NCBI GenBank assembly: GCA_964393205.1
Contig: CAYMSV010000002.1
Span: forward strand, 28,078 to 92,077
Length of the DNA stretch: 64,000 bases
From: an uncultured Pseudomonadales bacterium
Lineage (GTDB): Bacteria > Patescibacteriota > Microgenomatia > UBA1400 > PJMF01
Direction: 5' to 3'
Numbering within the stretch: the first letter of the stretch is position 1; each line of letters begins with the position of its first letter. A program made the position numbers and the translations under genes. Under the pieces are notes generated by a model. That model made no database searches. It was not told the DNA's origin and saw nothing but the letters and a program-made list of their open reading frames with translations. Of this stretch, positions 38,236 through 49,994 are shown piece by piece.

Positions 38236-39468
38236 TTATTCTATTTCCTTTAAATACTCTGCTACTCTATCTAATAGAATTTGTCGATCATTATCGGCAA
38301 TTTCTTCCATATCAACCCACTTGTCACGAAAACGCACAAGATCATTGAGTGTGGTTAATTTATACTGAATTAAAATTTCTCTAGTATCATCACTAATACC
38401 AAAAGTATCAATTTCATGTTCTTCTTCACCCGTCACTGCTGACTCAACTTTACCAGTGGCTGATTTAACAGTAATCTGATAACCAGTTAATTTAGCTGCT
38501 AGGCGAACATTTTGACCACCACGACCAATAACCAAAGATAATTGATCATCGGGAGCAGTGACAGTCACCATTTTTTTCTTTTCATCAATATCTATAACCA
38601 GACTTTCTGCTGGAGCCAAAGTGGCTTTTAGTAATTGCACTTTATCTTCGGCAAAAGGAATAATGTCAATTTTTTCATTATTTAATTCTTCGATCACCTT
38701 TTGGACTCTCACTCCTCGCTGGCCAACACAAGATCCAACCGGATCAACACCACTCTGAGCAGAACGAACAATGAGTTTGGTACGCACGCCTGCTTCACGG
38801 GCTATTGAAACAATTTCTACCGCTTCTGTTGCTATCTCAGGCACTTCTCTTTCAAATAGTTGTTCCACTAGACGAGAATCTGATCTAGATACAATAATTT
38901 GTTGACCTCTGGCACTTTCTTGAATATCCTTAACTAAAACTGCCATACGCTGATTAAGTCTATAAAACTCTCCACGCATTTGTTCTTCCGGAGGCATAAA
39001 TCCTTGACCACGACCGATATCAACAATGACATTAGGACCCTGCATACGCAACACCTGACCAGTGATCACCTCGCCAAGTCTTTCACGATAGGCGGCAATA
39101 ACTGTATCTCTTTCAGTAACTCTAATTTTTTGTAAAATTACCTGCTTAGCAGTTTGTGCCGCAATTCGGCCAAAACCAGCTGGTGTCACCTCTTCTGCCT
39201 TACTCTCATCCCACTCTAAAACTTCTTCAGTTTCTTCATCTACTTTTGTAACTGGAGCTTGGAAAATTTTGGCAGCGCCACTTTCTTTATTTAACTCAAC
39301 AAAGTAATGAAAAGATTCATCTAATTCTCCCATTTGTTTACGATAAGCAGATACTAGAGCCTGACGAATTGCTTCGTAGATATCTTCTGCTTCAATTTTT
39401 CGTTCTTCAGCGATTTGTACTACTGCTGCCGCAAAATCTGTGCGAACAATTGATTGGGTACTTGGCAT
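38236..39468 (-). CDS. nusA: Transcription termination/antitermination factor NusA
   Basis: N-terminal RNAP-binding domain, S1, and two KH domains (GRGGQNVRLAAKLTG). Confidence 0.9.
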   Translation of the reverse strand: MPSTQSIVRTDFAAAVVQIAEERKIEAEDIYEAIRQALVSAYRKQMGELDESFHYFVELNKESGAAKIFQAPVTKVDEETEEVLEWDESKAEEVTPAGFGRIAAQTAKQVILQKIRVTERDTVIAAYRERLGEVITGQVLRMQGPNVIVDIGRGQGFMPPEEQMRGEFYRLNQRMAVLVKDIQESARGQQIIVSRSDSRLVEQLFEREVPEIATEAVEIVSIAREAGVRTKLIVRSAQSGVDPVGSCVGQRGVRVQKVIEELNNEKIDIIPFAEDKVQLLKATLAPAESLVIDIDEKKKMVTVTAPDDQLSLVIGRGGQNVRLAAKLTGYQITVKSATGKVESAVTGEEEHEIDTFGISDDTREILIQYKLTTLNDLVRFRDKWVDMEEIADNDRQILLDRVAEYLKEIE

Positions 39469-39517
39469 AATATTCTTTCTTTATAAATGTTTGCAATTAA
39501 GAAATTAAGCTAATTAA

Positions 39518-39549
39518 CAAAAAAGGACTTATCGTCAAGATCAGTCCTT
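39518..39549 (-). terminator. Rho-independent terminator downstream of dnaJ
   Basis: Minus-strand hairpin AGGACT-gatcttgacgata-AGTCCT followed by TTTTTTT. Confidence 0.55.
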
Positions 39550-39617
39550 CAAAAAAACCACCTTAATCTCAAGTTTGGATTATAACAGCAATCTATTTAT
39601 TTGTAAATTCACTAAGA

Positions 39618-40511
39618 CTATTCTTGATCCAATTTTTTCCACTCTTCCAATAAGCGTTTTTGCTCACGACTTAGTTTTTCTGGTATTTTAACAATTAAAC
39701 GAACATATAGGTCCCCAACTCCTCGACCTCTTAAGTGTTTAATTCCTTCTCCTCTGAGACGAATTAAAGTATGTGACTGAGTACCAGGACGAATTTTTAT
39801 TTTCAATTCATCGTTGAGAGTTTCTACTTTTAATTCCCCACCCAAGGCTGCCAAGGTAAATGGAATGTATTCATCAACAAAAACATCAGAATTATCTCGT
39901 TTAAATCGAGGGTGAACACCAACATCAATACTCACATCAAAATCATCAAAACGGATTCTGGTGCCATTACTAACACCCGCCGGAATTTTAATTTTCTTTT
40001 TCTTACCATCTTGAAGCGTAATTTCTTTTTCGCTGCCACGAACTGCCTCCATAAAACTAATATTTACTCCGTAACGAGGACGGCGAGCGCGAGCGAAGCC
40101 GCCACCAAAGAACTGTTCAAAAATTTCAAAAGGATCAGAAAAGTCAAAACCTCCGCCAGCATCACTACCCCTAGTAGAAGACCAAGTAAATGGACCTTGC
40201 TGACCAGCTCCACCAAAACCAGAAAAATCAAAACCAGAGAAAGGTCCAGCTCCTCCACCCATACCACTAGAAGGATCAAAAGCTGCGTGACCAAATTGAT
40301 CATAAGTTTGACGCTTTTGCTTGTCTGAAAGCACCTGATAAGCTTCGTTAATTTCCTTAAACTTAGCTTCTGCATCTTTTTCTTTATTGCGATCTGGATG
40401 ATATTTTAGAGCCGCTTTACGATAAGCAGACTTAATATCCGCTTGAGTAGCATTTTTATCTAAACCTAAAACTTCGTAATAATCTCGTTTTGCTGACATA
40501 AGACTGATCAA
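39618..40511 (-). CDS. dnaJ: DnaJ-family co-chaperone lacking the Cys-rich zinc-finger domain
   Basis: J-domain with HPD (YHPDRNKE), G/F-rich region, C-terminal substrate-binding domains. No CxxCxGxG repeats. Confidence 0.8.
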   Translation of the reverse strand: MISLMSAKRDYYEVLGLDKNATQADIKSAYRKAALKYHPDRNKEKDAEAKFKEINEAYQVLSDKQKRQTYDQFGHAAFDPSSGMGGGAGPFSGFDFSGFGGAGQQGPFTWSSTRGSDAGGGFDFSDPFEIFEQFFGGGFARARRPRYGVNISFMEAVRGSEKEITLQDGKKKKIKIPAGVSNGTRIRFDDFDVSIDVGVHPRFKRDNSDVFVDEYIPFTLAALGGELKVETLNDELKIKIRPGTQSHTLIRLRGEGIKHLRGRGVGDLYVRLIVKIPEKLSREQKRLLEEWKKLDQE

Positions 40512-40575
40512 TTGTACAATAAATAACCCACTCTGTTTAGCAAAACAAGTGGGCTATTTATATCTAAACCATTTT

Positions 40576-42510
40576 TTAATTAACTACTTCACCTTCTTCC
40601 GCATCCTTTTTTTCATCTTTTTTATTTTTTGCCGTAGTTTTTTTTGCTTTTCCAGCATCTTTTTTCTCATCAGTTGGAGTCTTTTTTGCGGCCTCCTCTG
40701 CTTGAGCTTTTTGCATGACTTCTCCCATTTTTTGAGCACTGCTAAAAGTAGCTTCAATAGCTTTCTCAAGTTCTTCTTTACTTGATTCTTCTTTAGCAGC
40801 TAAGTCTTTGAGTGCCTTGACATCGGCTTCAATTTTTTCTTTATCAGCTTTGTCTAATTTATCACCATAATCTTTTAGCTGTTTTTCAATTTCAAAAGCA
40901 ACGCTATTAGCCTTGTTTTTAGCTTCAATTAGTTCACGCTTGGCCTTATCAGCCTCAGCAAATTTTTCAGCTTCATTTTTCATTCTTTCAACTTCATCAT
41001 CAGCTAAATTAGTACTATTTTGAATGGTAATTTTTTGTTCCTTACCCGAATTCTTGTCTTTAGCACTAACGTTTAAAATTCCATTGCTATCAATGTCAAA
41101 AGTCACTTCAATTTGAGGCATGCCTCTAGGAGCTGGTGGAATCCCATCCAAGATAAAACGACCAAGACTTTTATTGTCAGCTGCCATTTCACGTTCTCCT
41201 TGAAGAACATTAATTTCAACTTGCGTTTGATTATCAGCCGCCGTTGAAAAAATTTGACTCTTACTAGTTGGAATAGTGGTATTACGATCGATCAAGGGCG
41301 TACGAATTCCGCCCAAAGTCTCTAATCCTAGAGTTAAAGGTGTAACGTCCAGTAAAACAACATCACTTACATCACCGGCAATCACTCCGGCTTGAACAGC
41401 TGCTCCAACTGCCACTACTTCATCTGGATTAACTCCTTTATGAGGTTCCTTGCCAAAAAAGTCTTTAACGACTTCTTGAACTTTTGGCATACGAGTCATA
41501 CCACCAACCAAAATCACTTCGTCAATATCTTTGACATCAATTTTGGCATCTTTCATGGCTTTTTTAACTGGATCAATTGATCTTTGAATCAAATCATCAA
41601 CCAATTCCTCCATTTTAGCTCTACTTAAATTCAAACTTAGATGTAAAGGTTGACCTTCATCACCCTGAGTAATAAAGGGTTGATTGATCTCAGTTTGTTG
41701 AGAACTAGATAGTTCAATTTTAGCTTTTTCCGCAGCATCTTTAATTCGCTGCATAGCTTGTGAATCTTTACTCAAATCTTTGCCAGTTTCTTTTTTAAAC
41801 TCAGCCACGATCCACTCAATAATGGCATTATCAAAATCATCTCCACCCAAAAAGGTGTCACCATTAGTTGACTTAACCTCAAAAACACCATCACCAATTT
41901 CTAGAATAGAAATATCAAAAGTACCACCACCCAAATCATAAACAGCAATAGTTTCTCCAGCTTTTTTGTTTAAACCATAGGCTAGAGCTGCTGCTGTTGG
42001 CTCATTAACAATACGCTCAACTTTTAAACCAGCAATTTCACCAGCTTGTTTGGTAGCTTGACGTTGTGAATCATCAAAATAAGCGGGAACAGTAATTACT
42101 GCTGATTCCACTTTTTCTCCCAAATAACTTTCAGCATCTGCCTTAGCTTTAGCTAAAATTTTGGCTGAAATTTCTTGAGGAGTATATTCTCTGTTGCCAA
42201 TCTTAACTACTGTCATGCCGTCTTTACCTTCGGCAATATCGTAAGCAACATGTTTAACTGCTTTTTGCACTGCGCTATCCTTGAATTTACGACCCATAAA
42301 GCGCTTAACCGAATAAACTGTAGTTTTAGGATTAAGCACCATTTGTCGCTTAGCGGGATCACCCACCACAACATCTTTGTTCTTTAAAGCAACAATTGAA
42401 GGAAAAGTATTACGACCTTCCGCACTGGGAATAATAGTTGGCTGACCACCTTGCATCACAGCAATAGCACTGTTAGTTGTTCCCAAATCAATTCCAATAG
42501 TTTTTGACAT
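40576..42510 (-). CDS. dnaK: Chaperone DnaK (Hsp70)
   Basis: [18 protein letters not shown], and full Hsp70 architecture. Lysine-rich C-terminal tail. Confidence 0.95.
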   Translation of the reverse strand: MSKTIGIDLGTTNSAIAVMQGGQPTIIPSAEGRNTFPSIVALKNKDVVVGDPAKRQMVLNPKTTVYSVKRFMGRKFKDSAVQKAVKHVAYDIAEGKDGMTVVKIGNREYTPQEISAKILAKAKADAESYLGEKVESAVITVPAYFDDSQRQATKQAGEIAGLKVERIVNEPTAAALAYGLNKKAGETIAVYDLGGGTFDISILEIGDGVFEVKSTNGDTFLGGDDFDNAIIEWIVAEFKKETGKDLSKDSQAMQRIKDAAEKAKIELSSSQQTEINQPFITQGDEGQPLHLSLNLSRAKMEELVDDLIQRSIDPVKKAMKDAKIDVKDIDEVILVGGMTRMPKVQEVVKDFFGKEPHKGVNPDEVVAVGAAVQAGVIAGDVSDVVLLDVTPLTLGLETLGGIRTPLIDRNTTIPTSKSQIFSTAADNQTQVEINVLQGEREMAADNKSLGRFILDGIPPAPRGMPQIEVTFDIDSNGILNVSAKDKNSGKEQKITIQNSTNLADDEVERMKNEAEKFAEADKAKRELIEAKNKANSVAFEIEKQLKDYGDKLDKADKEKIEADVKALKDLAAKEESSKEELEKAIEATFSSAQKMGEVMQKAQAEEAAKKTPTDEKKDAGKAKKTTAKNKKDEKKDAEEGEVVN

Positions 42511-42587
42511 AATTAATAACCTTTCTTTATATTTTTTATTTAATTTCTCTTTATTTAATCTTTAGTTGTCTGTAACTATCATAGATT

Positions 42588-42614
42588 TTAGCAGACAAAC
42601 GCTTCGACTGCTAG
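42588..42614. promoter_or_regulatory. CIRCE-like inverted repeat (HrcA operator) upstream of dnaK
   Basis: TTAGCAGAC-N9-GACTGCTAG in the grpE-dnaK intergenic region. 9-nt spacer as in the CIRCE consensus TTAGCACTC-N9-GAGTGCTAA. Confidence 0.5.
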
Positions 42615-42621
42615 TAGCAAT

Positions 42622-43086
42622 TTAAGCTAAAACAACCTGTGCGTATTGAATTATTTCACCATTAAGTCGGTAACCTTTACGCAAAACTTTGACAACTTTT
42701 TCTCCATCTCCCTTTTTCTCTACCACCTCCATTGTTTCAACATTAAATTTTTTGTTTAATACTTCAATTTCTTCTAAACCCATATCGCTTAAGCGCTTCC
42801 AAATTTGCTTCACTATCATATTTAAAGCCTCATCCTGTAATTGTTCATTAGCTACAGATAAGTGTTCTAGTGGTTCTAAAATCGCCAACAACAAGTCTGC
42901 ATTAGCTAATTTAATTAAGTTAGCTCGCTGATTTTGACTTTGTCTGAGTAGATTTTGATAATCGGCTAGAGCCCTGCGTTCACGTTCTTGACATTGAGAT
43001 AGAGCTAGTTCTAAAGCCTGTACTTTAGCTGTTAAAGTTTTTAAATCTGAAGATAAACCAAGCTTTGATTTTTGCTTTTTTACCAT
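42622..43086 (-). CDS. grpE: Nucleotide exchange factor GrpE
   Basis: Coiled-coil N-terminal half, C-terminal beta domain, within the hrcA-grpE-dnaK context. Confidence 0.8.
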   Translation of the reverse strand: MVKKQKSKLGLSSDLKTLTAKVQALELALSQCQERERRALADYQNLLRQSQNQRANLIKLANADLLLAILEPLEHLSVANEQLQDEALNMIVKQIWKRLSDMGLEEIEVLNKKFNVETMEVVEKKGDGEKVVKVLRKGYRLNGEIIQYAQVVLA

Positions 43087-43094
43087 GATGTCTC

Positions 43095-43817
43095 CTAATC
43101 AACCATACTTTCAATCAAGCCTTTAAAATATTTCATCATCGGTAAAATATAAGGATAGTCAAAACGTTTGGAACCAAGTACCGCGAAACGACAAGGATGC
43201 TCTGGTAAATCTAACTCAACAAACATAATTCCAATAGGATCAAGCTCACTGTTGCCTAATTCTTGGCCAAAAACAACTTTAACCGCATTTTCACTTTGAG
43301 ATTTTTGAAAGATTTCATCCATAACCGCTCGCTCTTCAATCATCTGCAAAACTCGACGAGTCAAGTTGATGTCGTAAAATTCTGGCATTTGCAACAAATT
43401 CGCATAACCAGAATGGACTAGGTGTCCCTCAGGAGTGATGGCTAAGCCCAAAGCTTGAGATTTTTCTGCTAAAACCTTAGCTGTTTCCTGAAGCAAATCT
43501 TCCATTTGATTGCGATAGCGCCAAATTTTTTCTTTAACTCCAACCTCATCAGCCACAGATAATTCTTTTTCTTTAACTAGCTCATTAATATAAAGCTTCA
43601 TGGCTAAAGCCGTAGGTACACGGCCAGCACTAATATGAGACTTGATCAAATAACCTTGTTTGGTTAAATAAGCCATTTCATTACGAATAGTAGCTGGAGA
43701 AACACCAATATTGTATTTTTTATCGACAGTTTCTGAACCAACCGGTTCACCTGTTTCAATAAACTCTTCAATAATGGCTCTTAAGATTTGGATTTGTCTG
43801 GCAACTAAATCAATCAT
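43095..43817 (-). CDS. hrcA: Heat-inducible transcription repressor HrcA (short form)
   Basis: N-terminal winged-helix LTARQ/ILRAII..GEPVGS motif, first gene of the hrcA-grpE-dnaK-dnaJ operon. 240 aa. Confidence 0.75.
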   Translation of the reverse strand: MIDLVARQIQILRAIIEEFIETGEPVGSETVDKKYNIGVSPATIRNEMAYLTKQGYLIKSHISAGRVPTALAMKLYINELVKEKELSVADEVGVKEKIWRYRNQMEDLLQETAKVLAEKSQALGLAITPEGHLVHSGYANLLQMPEFYDINLTRRVLQMIEERAVMDEIFQKSQSENAVKVVFGQELGNSELDPIGIMFVELDLPEHPCRFAVLGSKRFDYPYILPMMKYFKGLIESMVD

Positions 43818-43820
43818 ATA

Positions 43821-43847
43821 TTAGCAATCATAGAAACTTATTGCTAA
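43821..43847. promoter_or_regulatory. CIRCE-like operator immediately upstream of hrcA
   Basis: Perfect inverted repeat TTAGCAATC-ATAGAAACT-TATTGCTAA (9-nt spacer), 3 nt upstream of the hrcA start codon. Confidence 0.65.
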
Positions 43848-43851
43848 TTTG

Positions 43852-44964
43852 TCAAGCTAGAACCAACTCTTTAATCTTTTTGCGAAAAACCGAGGGTGCA
43901 TATTTTAGGCTAGAGCGATGAATTTCTTGAAGATTAAAATCCATTTTTTCAAAATCAAATATAGCTTGCTTGAGCGCTTCAACACTTAAATCATTAAAAA
44001 ACACTCCGGTTTTTCCAATTTCAAGGGTTTCTTTAGGACCTCCAGAATAATGCGCTAAAACTGGTGTACCCCAAGCCATAGCCTCAATTGGCACTATGCC
44101 AAAATCCTCATCTTCAACTGGATAAATTAAAGCCTTAGCTCCTCGATATAGTTCAGCTAACAATTGATCATTAACTGTACCTAAAAATTCTACTGATTCG
44201 CCCGCTATTTTCTTCAGCTTAGGCAACATTCCTCCCTCACCAACTACTTTAAGCGCCAAATTAAGATCGCTAGCTGCTTGAACGGCTATCTCTGGATGCT
44301 TAGCTAAAGCTAGACGATTAACATATAGATAATATCCCTGTTTTTTGAATTTTTTTTCTTTTGTTAAATACTCAATGGCTTGATCAACCATTGTTACCGG
44401 AGGATGAATTACCACTGATTGTCGATGATAAAATTTTTTTATTCTCGCTTGAGTTTCTAGCGAATTAGCAATAAAAACCCCTACTTTCTGAGCTGTTTTA
44501 AAATCAACAAGACGCATATAGTGATTAATTATTTCACCAAAAAAACGAGTTATGAATCGCTCTCGCCAATGACTTTTAGCACTATATCCATATAAAACTC
44601 GTGGAGGGGTGTGGCAGTAACAAAAATGCTTGGCATTTGTTTTTGTGGCGCGCGCCGCCTTAGCCATATAGGCATTAGAGGAAGAAATAATAATATCGAA
44701 ATCACTCAGGTCCAATTGAGCAAAGGCGCGCGCCGCCAATACTCTCAGTGGAGAAAAGGTTTTTTTAATTAAGGGTATTTTTCCTAAAAAAGTTTGACGA
44801 ATTTCCCAATCAGAAAAACGCTGCCAATTACTGCCCAAAGATTTTTTATCTACAAAAGCTGTATAAACAGGCGCTTCCGGAAACATCTCATGCAACTCCT
44901 CCAAAACTCTCTCCGCTCCACCATATTCTCTTAAATAATCGTGAATTAAAGCAATTTTTGGCAT
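43852..44964 (-). CDS. Glycosyltransferase, family 1 (GT4-type)
   Basis: GT-B fold. C-terminal E-x7-E-like region with GTPV..HYSGGPKE..G.TGVF typical of GT1. Confidence 0.75.
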   Translation of the reverse strand: MPKIALIHDYLREYGGAERVLEELHEMFPEAPVYTAFVDKKSLGSNWQRFSDWEIRQTFLGKIPLIKKTFSPLRVLAARAFAQLDLSDFDIIISSSNAYMAKAARATKTNAKHFCYCHTPPRVLYGYSAKSHWRERFITRFFGEIINHYMRLVDFKTAQKVGVFIANSLETQARIKKFYHRQSVVIHPPVTMVDQAIEYLTKEKKFKKQGYYLYVNRLALAKHPEIAVQAASDLNLALKVVGEGGMLPKLKKIAGESVEFLGTVNDQLLAELYRGAKALIYPVEDEDFGIVPIEAMAWGTPVLAHYSGGPKETLEIGKTGVFFNDLSVEALKQAIFDFEKMDFNLQEIHRSSLKYAPSVFRKKIKELVLA

Positions 44965-44979
44965 AATTTATTTTAAACC

Positions 44980-45909
44980 TTAAAATAAAGCTTCTTGCAC
45001 AGAACTTTCAAAAGCATCTGTGGGTAATAATTTAATTAAAGATTTGAATCCTAATTTATTCAATAATTCAATAGTTTTCGTTTTGTCATAAGCTGTCACC
45101 CGACAAGCTTCAAGTTCAAAATCTACAGCTACCTGAGTATCAATAGTAGCCAATCCTTGACTTAAAAAGGCAGACTCTTTGCCTTCTTTGAGCCTTTTTA
45201 ATAAAGCTCCTTTAATCAAATCATCACCATCTGGATTCTTTTCTAAAAATTGATAGATTGCCTCTAAATTATTAAAACGCTTAATTAATTTAGTAGCAGT
45301 TTTTTTACCAATACCTTTAATTCCGGGAATATTGTCAGAAGCATCTCCACTCAAAGCCTTTAGATCAATAATTTGATCAGGCGTAATATCCATTTTCTTT
45401 TCCACCAAAACTCTGTCATATTCCATATCCCCTTGTTGACGACCACGAGCTGGCATCCAAACATGGGTATCATTATCAACCAACTGAAACATATCTTGAT
45501 CACCTGTCACAATGACTGTTAGTAAACTATTATCTAAATGCTCAACTTTTCGATTGACCGTACCAATCAAATCATCAGCTTCAAAACCTTCTATTTCAAA
45601 ACGTGGCACACTTAATACATCTACTAAGTCTTTAACTATTTCTATTTGGGGAATTAAATCGTCAGGCATTTTTGCTCGTTGAGCCTTGTACTCTTTATAC
45701 TTCTTTTTTCTCAAAGTTTCACCTTTGTGATCAAAACAAACCGCACTATATTCTGGCTCAAAATGATTTAGAGCAGTTAAAAACATCTTGGTAAAACCAT
45801 AAACAGCATTAACTAAACGTCCTTGAGGATCAGTTAGATTGGGAAGTGCATAGTAAGCTCGATAAATTAAAGCATGGGCATCGACTAAGAGAAAAGTATG
45901 ACGAGACAT
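44980..45909 (-). CDS. 5'-3' exonuclease (FEN-like, Pol I N-terminal-domain homolog)
   Basis: LLVDAHALIYRAYYA, FDHKGETLRKK, SGDASDNIPGIKGIGKKTA (H3TH). Stand-alone at 309 aa. Confidence 0.85.
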   Translation of the reverse strand: MSRHTFLLVDAHALIYRAYYALPNLTDPQGRLVNAVYGFTKMFLTALNHFEPEYSAVCFDHKGETLRKKKYKEYKAQRAKMPDDLIPQIEIVKDLVDVLSVPRFEIEGFEADDLIGTVNRKVEHLDNSLLTVIVTGDQDMFQLVDNDTHVWMPARGRQQGDMEYDRVLVEKKMDITPDQIIDLKALSGDASDNIPGIKGIGKKTATKLIKRFNNLEAIYQFLEKNPDGDDLIKGALLKRLKEGKESAFLSQGLATIDTQVAVDFELEACRVTAYDKTKTIELLNKLGFKSLIKLLPTDAFESSVQEALF

Positions 45910-45937
45910 GAGCCTATTGTAACAAAGGCTTTAATTT

Positions 45938-47962
45938 TTATCTTCTGGCTTTTTTCATTCCCATGACTTTTGTGAACTCATCTGCGTCTAAAGTTTCTTT
46001 ATCTAAAAGAGCTTCTGCCACTTTATCAAGTTGGGGTCGATATTGTTTTAGTAGTTCATTAGCTCTTTTTTCAGCTTCAGATATAAAAGCTAAGATTTCT
46101 TCATCAACTGTCTCAGATATTTTATCTGAAGGTCTCTCTGGCTCTCCCCAAACTCGATTGTAATCATTATCTGCATATTCTGGTCCAAAATACATCGGCC
46201 CCAATTTACTCATACCATAACGAACGACCATCGCTCTAGCAATTCTGGTTGCTTGAGCAATATCATTGGAGGCTCCTGCTGTTTGTTCATCAAAAACCAA
46301 CATTTCTGCTGCTCGACCACCAAACATCACTATCATGTTTTCTAATAATTCAGATTTGAGAATCTGTAATTTGTCTTTTTCTGGCGGGGTAAAAGTGTAA
46401 CCTAAAGCCTGTCCACGAGACACAATTGAAATTCGGTGCACTGGATCGGTATAAGGTAAAACATGAGTCAAAACTGCATGTCCAGCTTCATGATAAGCAG
46501 TCATTTTTTTCTCTAATTCATCTTGAAGACGTTTTTTACTTGGTCCATATTTGACCTTCATCGATGCTTCTTCGATGTCTTCCATATTAATTTTTTGACG
46601 ATTTTCTCTAGCTGAAGAAATGGCTGCTTCATTTAACATGTTCTCTAAATCAGCTCCAGAAAATCCCACTGTTCTTTTAGCCACTTTTTCCCAAGAAACA
46701 TCGCTATTAAAAGTTTTATTTCGAGCGTGAATTTTTAAAATAAACTTTCTCTCTTTAAGATCTGGTAAATTCACCTGTACGCGACGATCAAAACGTCCTG
46801 GTCGAACTAAAGCTGGATCTAACATGTCGCCGCGGTTAGTAGCAGCCATGACGATCACATTATCATTTTTGGTAAAACCATCCATTTCCACTAAAATTTG
46901 ATTAAGTGTTTGCTCTCTTTCATCGTGTGAACTCATGCTATTTCGACCACGTGCCCTACCTATAGCATCAATCTCATCAATAAAAATAATTGCAGGAGCC
47001 AAGCGTTTAGCAGTTTCAAATAAATCTCTAACTCGAGAAGCACCCACTCCCACTAACATTTCCATAAATTCACTACCCGCGATTGAGAGAAACTGTACAT
47101 TAGCTTCTCCAGCTACGGCTCTAGCTAAAAGAGTTTTACCTGTTCCAGCTGGACCAATTAACAATACTCCCTTTGGAGTTCTGGCTCCAACTTTTTGATA
47201 TTTTTTTGGATGTTTTAAGAAATCGACAATTTCTTCCAACTCTTGTTTCGCCTCATCCATGCCACCCACATCTTTAAAACTAATGTCTTGCTTACCTTTG
47301 ATAAAAACTTTGGCTTTGCTTTTACCAATACCTAAAATTCCATCTTGACCGCCTTTTGCCTGTTTAAATATAAACATGAAAAAGACGAACATTAAAATAA
47401 TTGGTAAAAAGTTAATAACCAATTCCCAAAAAAGTTGACCAAAGCTGGCATCTCGCACTTCTAAATCTAATTCTGCTAAATCAATGTCGCTAGCAAAAAG
47501 AATTTCTAATGCTTGCTGTCCCTCTTCTTTTTTAGTAACTTTTTGACTACCATCTTCATAATCCAATCTTAGTTCTTGACCAAGAACTTCAATCTCAGAA
47601 ACTTCTCCTTCCCGCACGTCTCTAACCATTTGACTAACAGAAATTTGCTCCCTAGCTTGTCCCAAACCAAATAAGCTTAAAATTGAAGGTAAAAATAAGA
47701 ATAAAATTACCAAGTAGATGATTGATCGAGAAATTAGACGATTTAGATTAATTTTAATAACCTTTTTTTTACGACTTTTAATCATCGGCATACGCAATTG
47801 TACCTGCTTAACTCTATCGGCCAATTCCCGAGCAGCTTTTTCTTTAGCTTTCTGTTCTTCGGTCTTTTTACTATTTTGACCCTCAACAGCAGTCTTTTGT
47901 TTTTTAACATTTACTGTATCTGAGAGAGATTCTTGTTTCTTTTCTTTATTTTTCTTAAACAT
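45938..47962 (-). CDS. ftsH: ATP-dependent zinc metalloprotease FtsH
   Basis: Two TM helices, AAA+ ([27 protein letters not shown]), HEAGHAV zinc-binding motif. ~70-aa basic N-terminal extension. Confidence 0.95.
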   Translation of the reverse strand: MFKKNKEKKQESLSDTVNVKKQKTAVEGQNSKKTEEQKAKEKAARELADRVKQVQLRMPMIKSRKKKVIKINLNRLISRSIIYLVILFLFLPSILSLFGLGQAREQISVSQMVRDVREGEVSEIEVLGQELRLDYEDGSQKVTKKEEGQQALEILFASDIDLAELDLEVRDASFGQLFWELVINFLPIILMFVFFMFIFKQAKGGQDGILGIGKSKAKVFIKGKQDISFKDVGGMDEAKQELEEIVDFLKHPKKYQKVGARTPKGVLLIGPAGTGKTLLARAVAGEANVQFLSIAGSEFMEMLVGVGASRVRDLFETAKRLAPAIIFIDEIDAIGRARGRNSMSSHDEREQTLNQILVEMDGFTKNDNVIVMAATNRGDMLDPALVRPGRFDRRVQVNLPDLKERKFILKIHARNKTFNSDVSWEKVAKRTVGFSGADLENMLNEAAISSARENRQKINMEDIEEASMKVKYGPSKKRLQDELEKKMTAYHEAGHAVLTHVLPYTDPVHRISIVSRGQALGYTFTPPEKDKLQILKSELLENMIVMFGGRAAEMLVFDEQTAGASNDIAQATRIARAMVVRYGMSKLGPMYFGPEYADNDYNRVWGEPERPSDKISETVDEEILAFISEAEKRANELLKQYRPQLDKVAEALLDKETLDADEFTKVMGMKKARR

Positions 47963-48015
47963 GAGTCCTTATTTAATTGTATTAAACTGATTTATATAGG
48001 AGCATTATTGTATCA

Positions 48016-49074
48016 TTAAGCAACAGTACTTAAACCAAATTTGTCTTTAACTTCGGTGACTGTTTCCTGAGCCACATTTCTGGCTTTTTGATTACCATCT
48101 TCAATAATAGTTTTTACATAATCTGATTTTTTAGCCAATTTTGCTCTTTTTTCTTGAATTGGTAACAATTCTTTATAAATCAACTTTGCCAAATTTTTCT
48201 TAATTTCTGCATAACGCAGACCCTGTTTTTGATAACTAGCCTCGTACTCTTTTCTTAACGAGGAACCAGCAAACAACTCAACTAAAATCATCAAAGTTTT
48301 CACTCCCTTAGATTCTTGATCATTATCATCAAAATAAACCATGTCTTGATGACTATCACTTTCCGCTTCTAACTCCCTCACCTCACCCTTGCCGGAATCG
48401 GTAGGAATTTTAGCAATCTTTTTTTCAATAGTTGCTAAATCATCACTTAGATTGATATAACTACCCTCAACTGATTTGCTCATCTTACCTTCACCAGTTA
48501 AAGAAGGTATGTATTCACCACTAATATTAAAAAACTTTGGTAAAGGAAATTGGGTGCCATAAAGATTATTGCACTTGCGAGCAATTTCTCTTGCTACCTC
48601 AACATGAGGTTTTTGATCAAGGCCTACTGGCACCTGATTGGCTTGATAAAGCAGAATGTCTGCCGCCATTAAAACTGGATAACTTAATAAAGCCATCGTT
48701 ACATTTTCTGGATGTTGTTTAACTTTATCTTTAAAAGTAGGCATATGTTGCATTTTAGCTACAGATATTAAGCTAGAAAAATAAAAAGCTAGTTCAACAT
48801 GTTGTGGCACTGCAGACTGTAAAAATAAAACGCTTTTTTCAGGATCTAAGCCAACTGCCAAATAGTCTAAAATCACTTCCAAGCGACTAGAGCGTAGGTT
48901 TTCTACTTGATAAGGAGTAGTTATTGAATGAGTATCTGCCACCATATAAAAAGTTTCAAATTTAGAATCATCTTGCAGAGCCAACATGCCCTTGATAGCA
49001 CCAAAATAATTGCCTAAATGTAATTGGCCGGTGGCACGAATACCAGATAAAACTCTTTGTTTATTTTTTGACAT
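48016..49074 (-). CDS. trpS: Tryptophan--tRNA ligase
   Basis: Class I HIGH-like motif (TGQLHLGNY) and KMSKS. Start taken at ATG 49072-49074 (MSKNKQRVLSGIRATG). Confidence 0.9.
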   Translation of the reverse strand: MSKNKQRVLSGIRATGQLHLGNYFGAIKGMLALQDDSKFETFYMVADTHSITTPYQVENLRSSRLEVILDYLAVGLDPEKSVLFLQSAVPQHVELAFYFSSLISVAKMQHMPTFKDKVKQHPENVTMALLSYPVLMAADILLYQANQVPVGLDQKPHVEVAREIARKCNNLYGTQFPLPKFFNISGEYIPSLTGEGKMSKSVEGSYINLSDDLATIEKKIAKIPTDSGKGEVRELEAESDSHQDMVYFDDNDQESKGVKTLMILVELFAGSSLRKEYEASYQKQGLRYAEIKKNLAKLIYKELLPIQEKRAKLAKKSDYVKTIIEDGNQKARNVAQETVTEVKDKFGLSTVA

Positions 49075-49127
49075 AGCACCTCTAATCTTAACACAAGCCA
49101 AGAACTAATTGGAATTAATTATTAAAA

Positions 49128-49994
49128 TTAAAGCTCTTCAATTTTAACATTGGGTTGCATGTCTGGAGCTTCAATCAATTTGAGATACTTTTCAGTAGTA
49201 GTAATGCGCTTATGACCCACTAATTGTGAAACATAAACTAATGGTGTGCCTGCCTTCAACTGTTCTACTATAAATGTATGTCGTAGATCATTTACCTTCG
49301 CATCTTTAATGCCAGCTAAACGAAAAAATCGATCGATAGCTGTTCTAATATTGCGCACTAAAAAAGGGCGACAAGTTTTAGTTAAAAATAAGGTTTTTTC
49401 TTTGGCTCTAGGACGAACTTTTAAATAATCTAAGATGGCACTTTTGGCGGCACTATTCATTGGTACACGTCTGGCATCACGAGAATTCTGTGCTTGAATA
49501 TGTATCAGCTCTCGATCCATATCTAAATCAGTAACTGTTAAAGCAGCTAGCTCACTAATGCGCATTCCTGTCTGCAATAAAAGCTCGACAATAGCATACA
49601 TACGTGCATCACTGCGACAAGCATCCCTAAGAGCTCTATACTCTAAACGAGATAAAACCCGAGGCGGATTGTGTTCAATTTTTGGATGACTAATTTCGAC
49701 AGTGGGATTTTTTTCTATTAAATTTTCACTAATTAGAAAACGAAAAAAAGCTTTAATTGAGTTAATTTTTCTAGAAATGGATTTACTCGTGTAACGTTGT
49801 CTGTTTAATAAGTCTTTAAACTCATTAATGTCTTCAGCTAAAATTTCATTAATGGTAGTCTTACCTTTTTTAGAAATAAAATCTAATAACTGCTCTACAT
49901 CTTTGCTATAGGCAATTACAGTTGCTTCCGCTTTACCACTAGAACTTAAATGCTCTGTAAATTTAACTTGCGCATCACTTAGGTTTATGGGCAT
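49128..49994 (-). CDS. Tyrosine site-specific recombinase, XerD/XerC-like
   Basis: N-terminal core-binding (SAM-like) domain. Catalytic R...HxxR...Y (RHTFIV...GHKRITTTEKY) near the C-terminus. Confidence 0.8.
   Translation of the reverse strand: MPINLSDAQVKFTEHLSSSGKAEATVIAYSKDVEQLLDFISKKGKTTINEILAEDINEFKDLLNRQRYTSKSISRKINSIKAFFRFLISENLIEKNPTVEISHPKIEHNPPRVLSRLEYRALRDACRSDARMYAIVELLLQTGMRISELAALTVTDLDMDRELIHIQAQNSRDARRVPMNSAAKSAILDYLKVRPRAKEKTLFLTKTCRPFLVRNIRTAIDRFFRLAGIKDAKVNDLRHTFIVEQLKAGTPLVYVSQLVGHKRITTTEKYLKLIEAPDMQPNVKIEEL

Noticed and set aside
40549-40785. Plus- and minus-strand small ORFs (40549..40785, 40584..40769) at the dnaK 3' end
   Set aside because: They sit in the repetitive Lys/Glu-rich tail-encoding region of dnaK. 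The low-complexity translations are frame artefacts.
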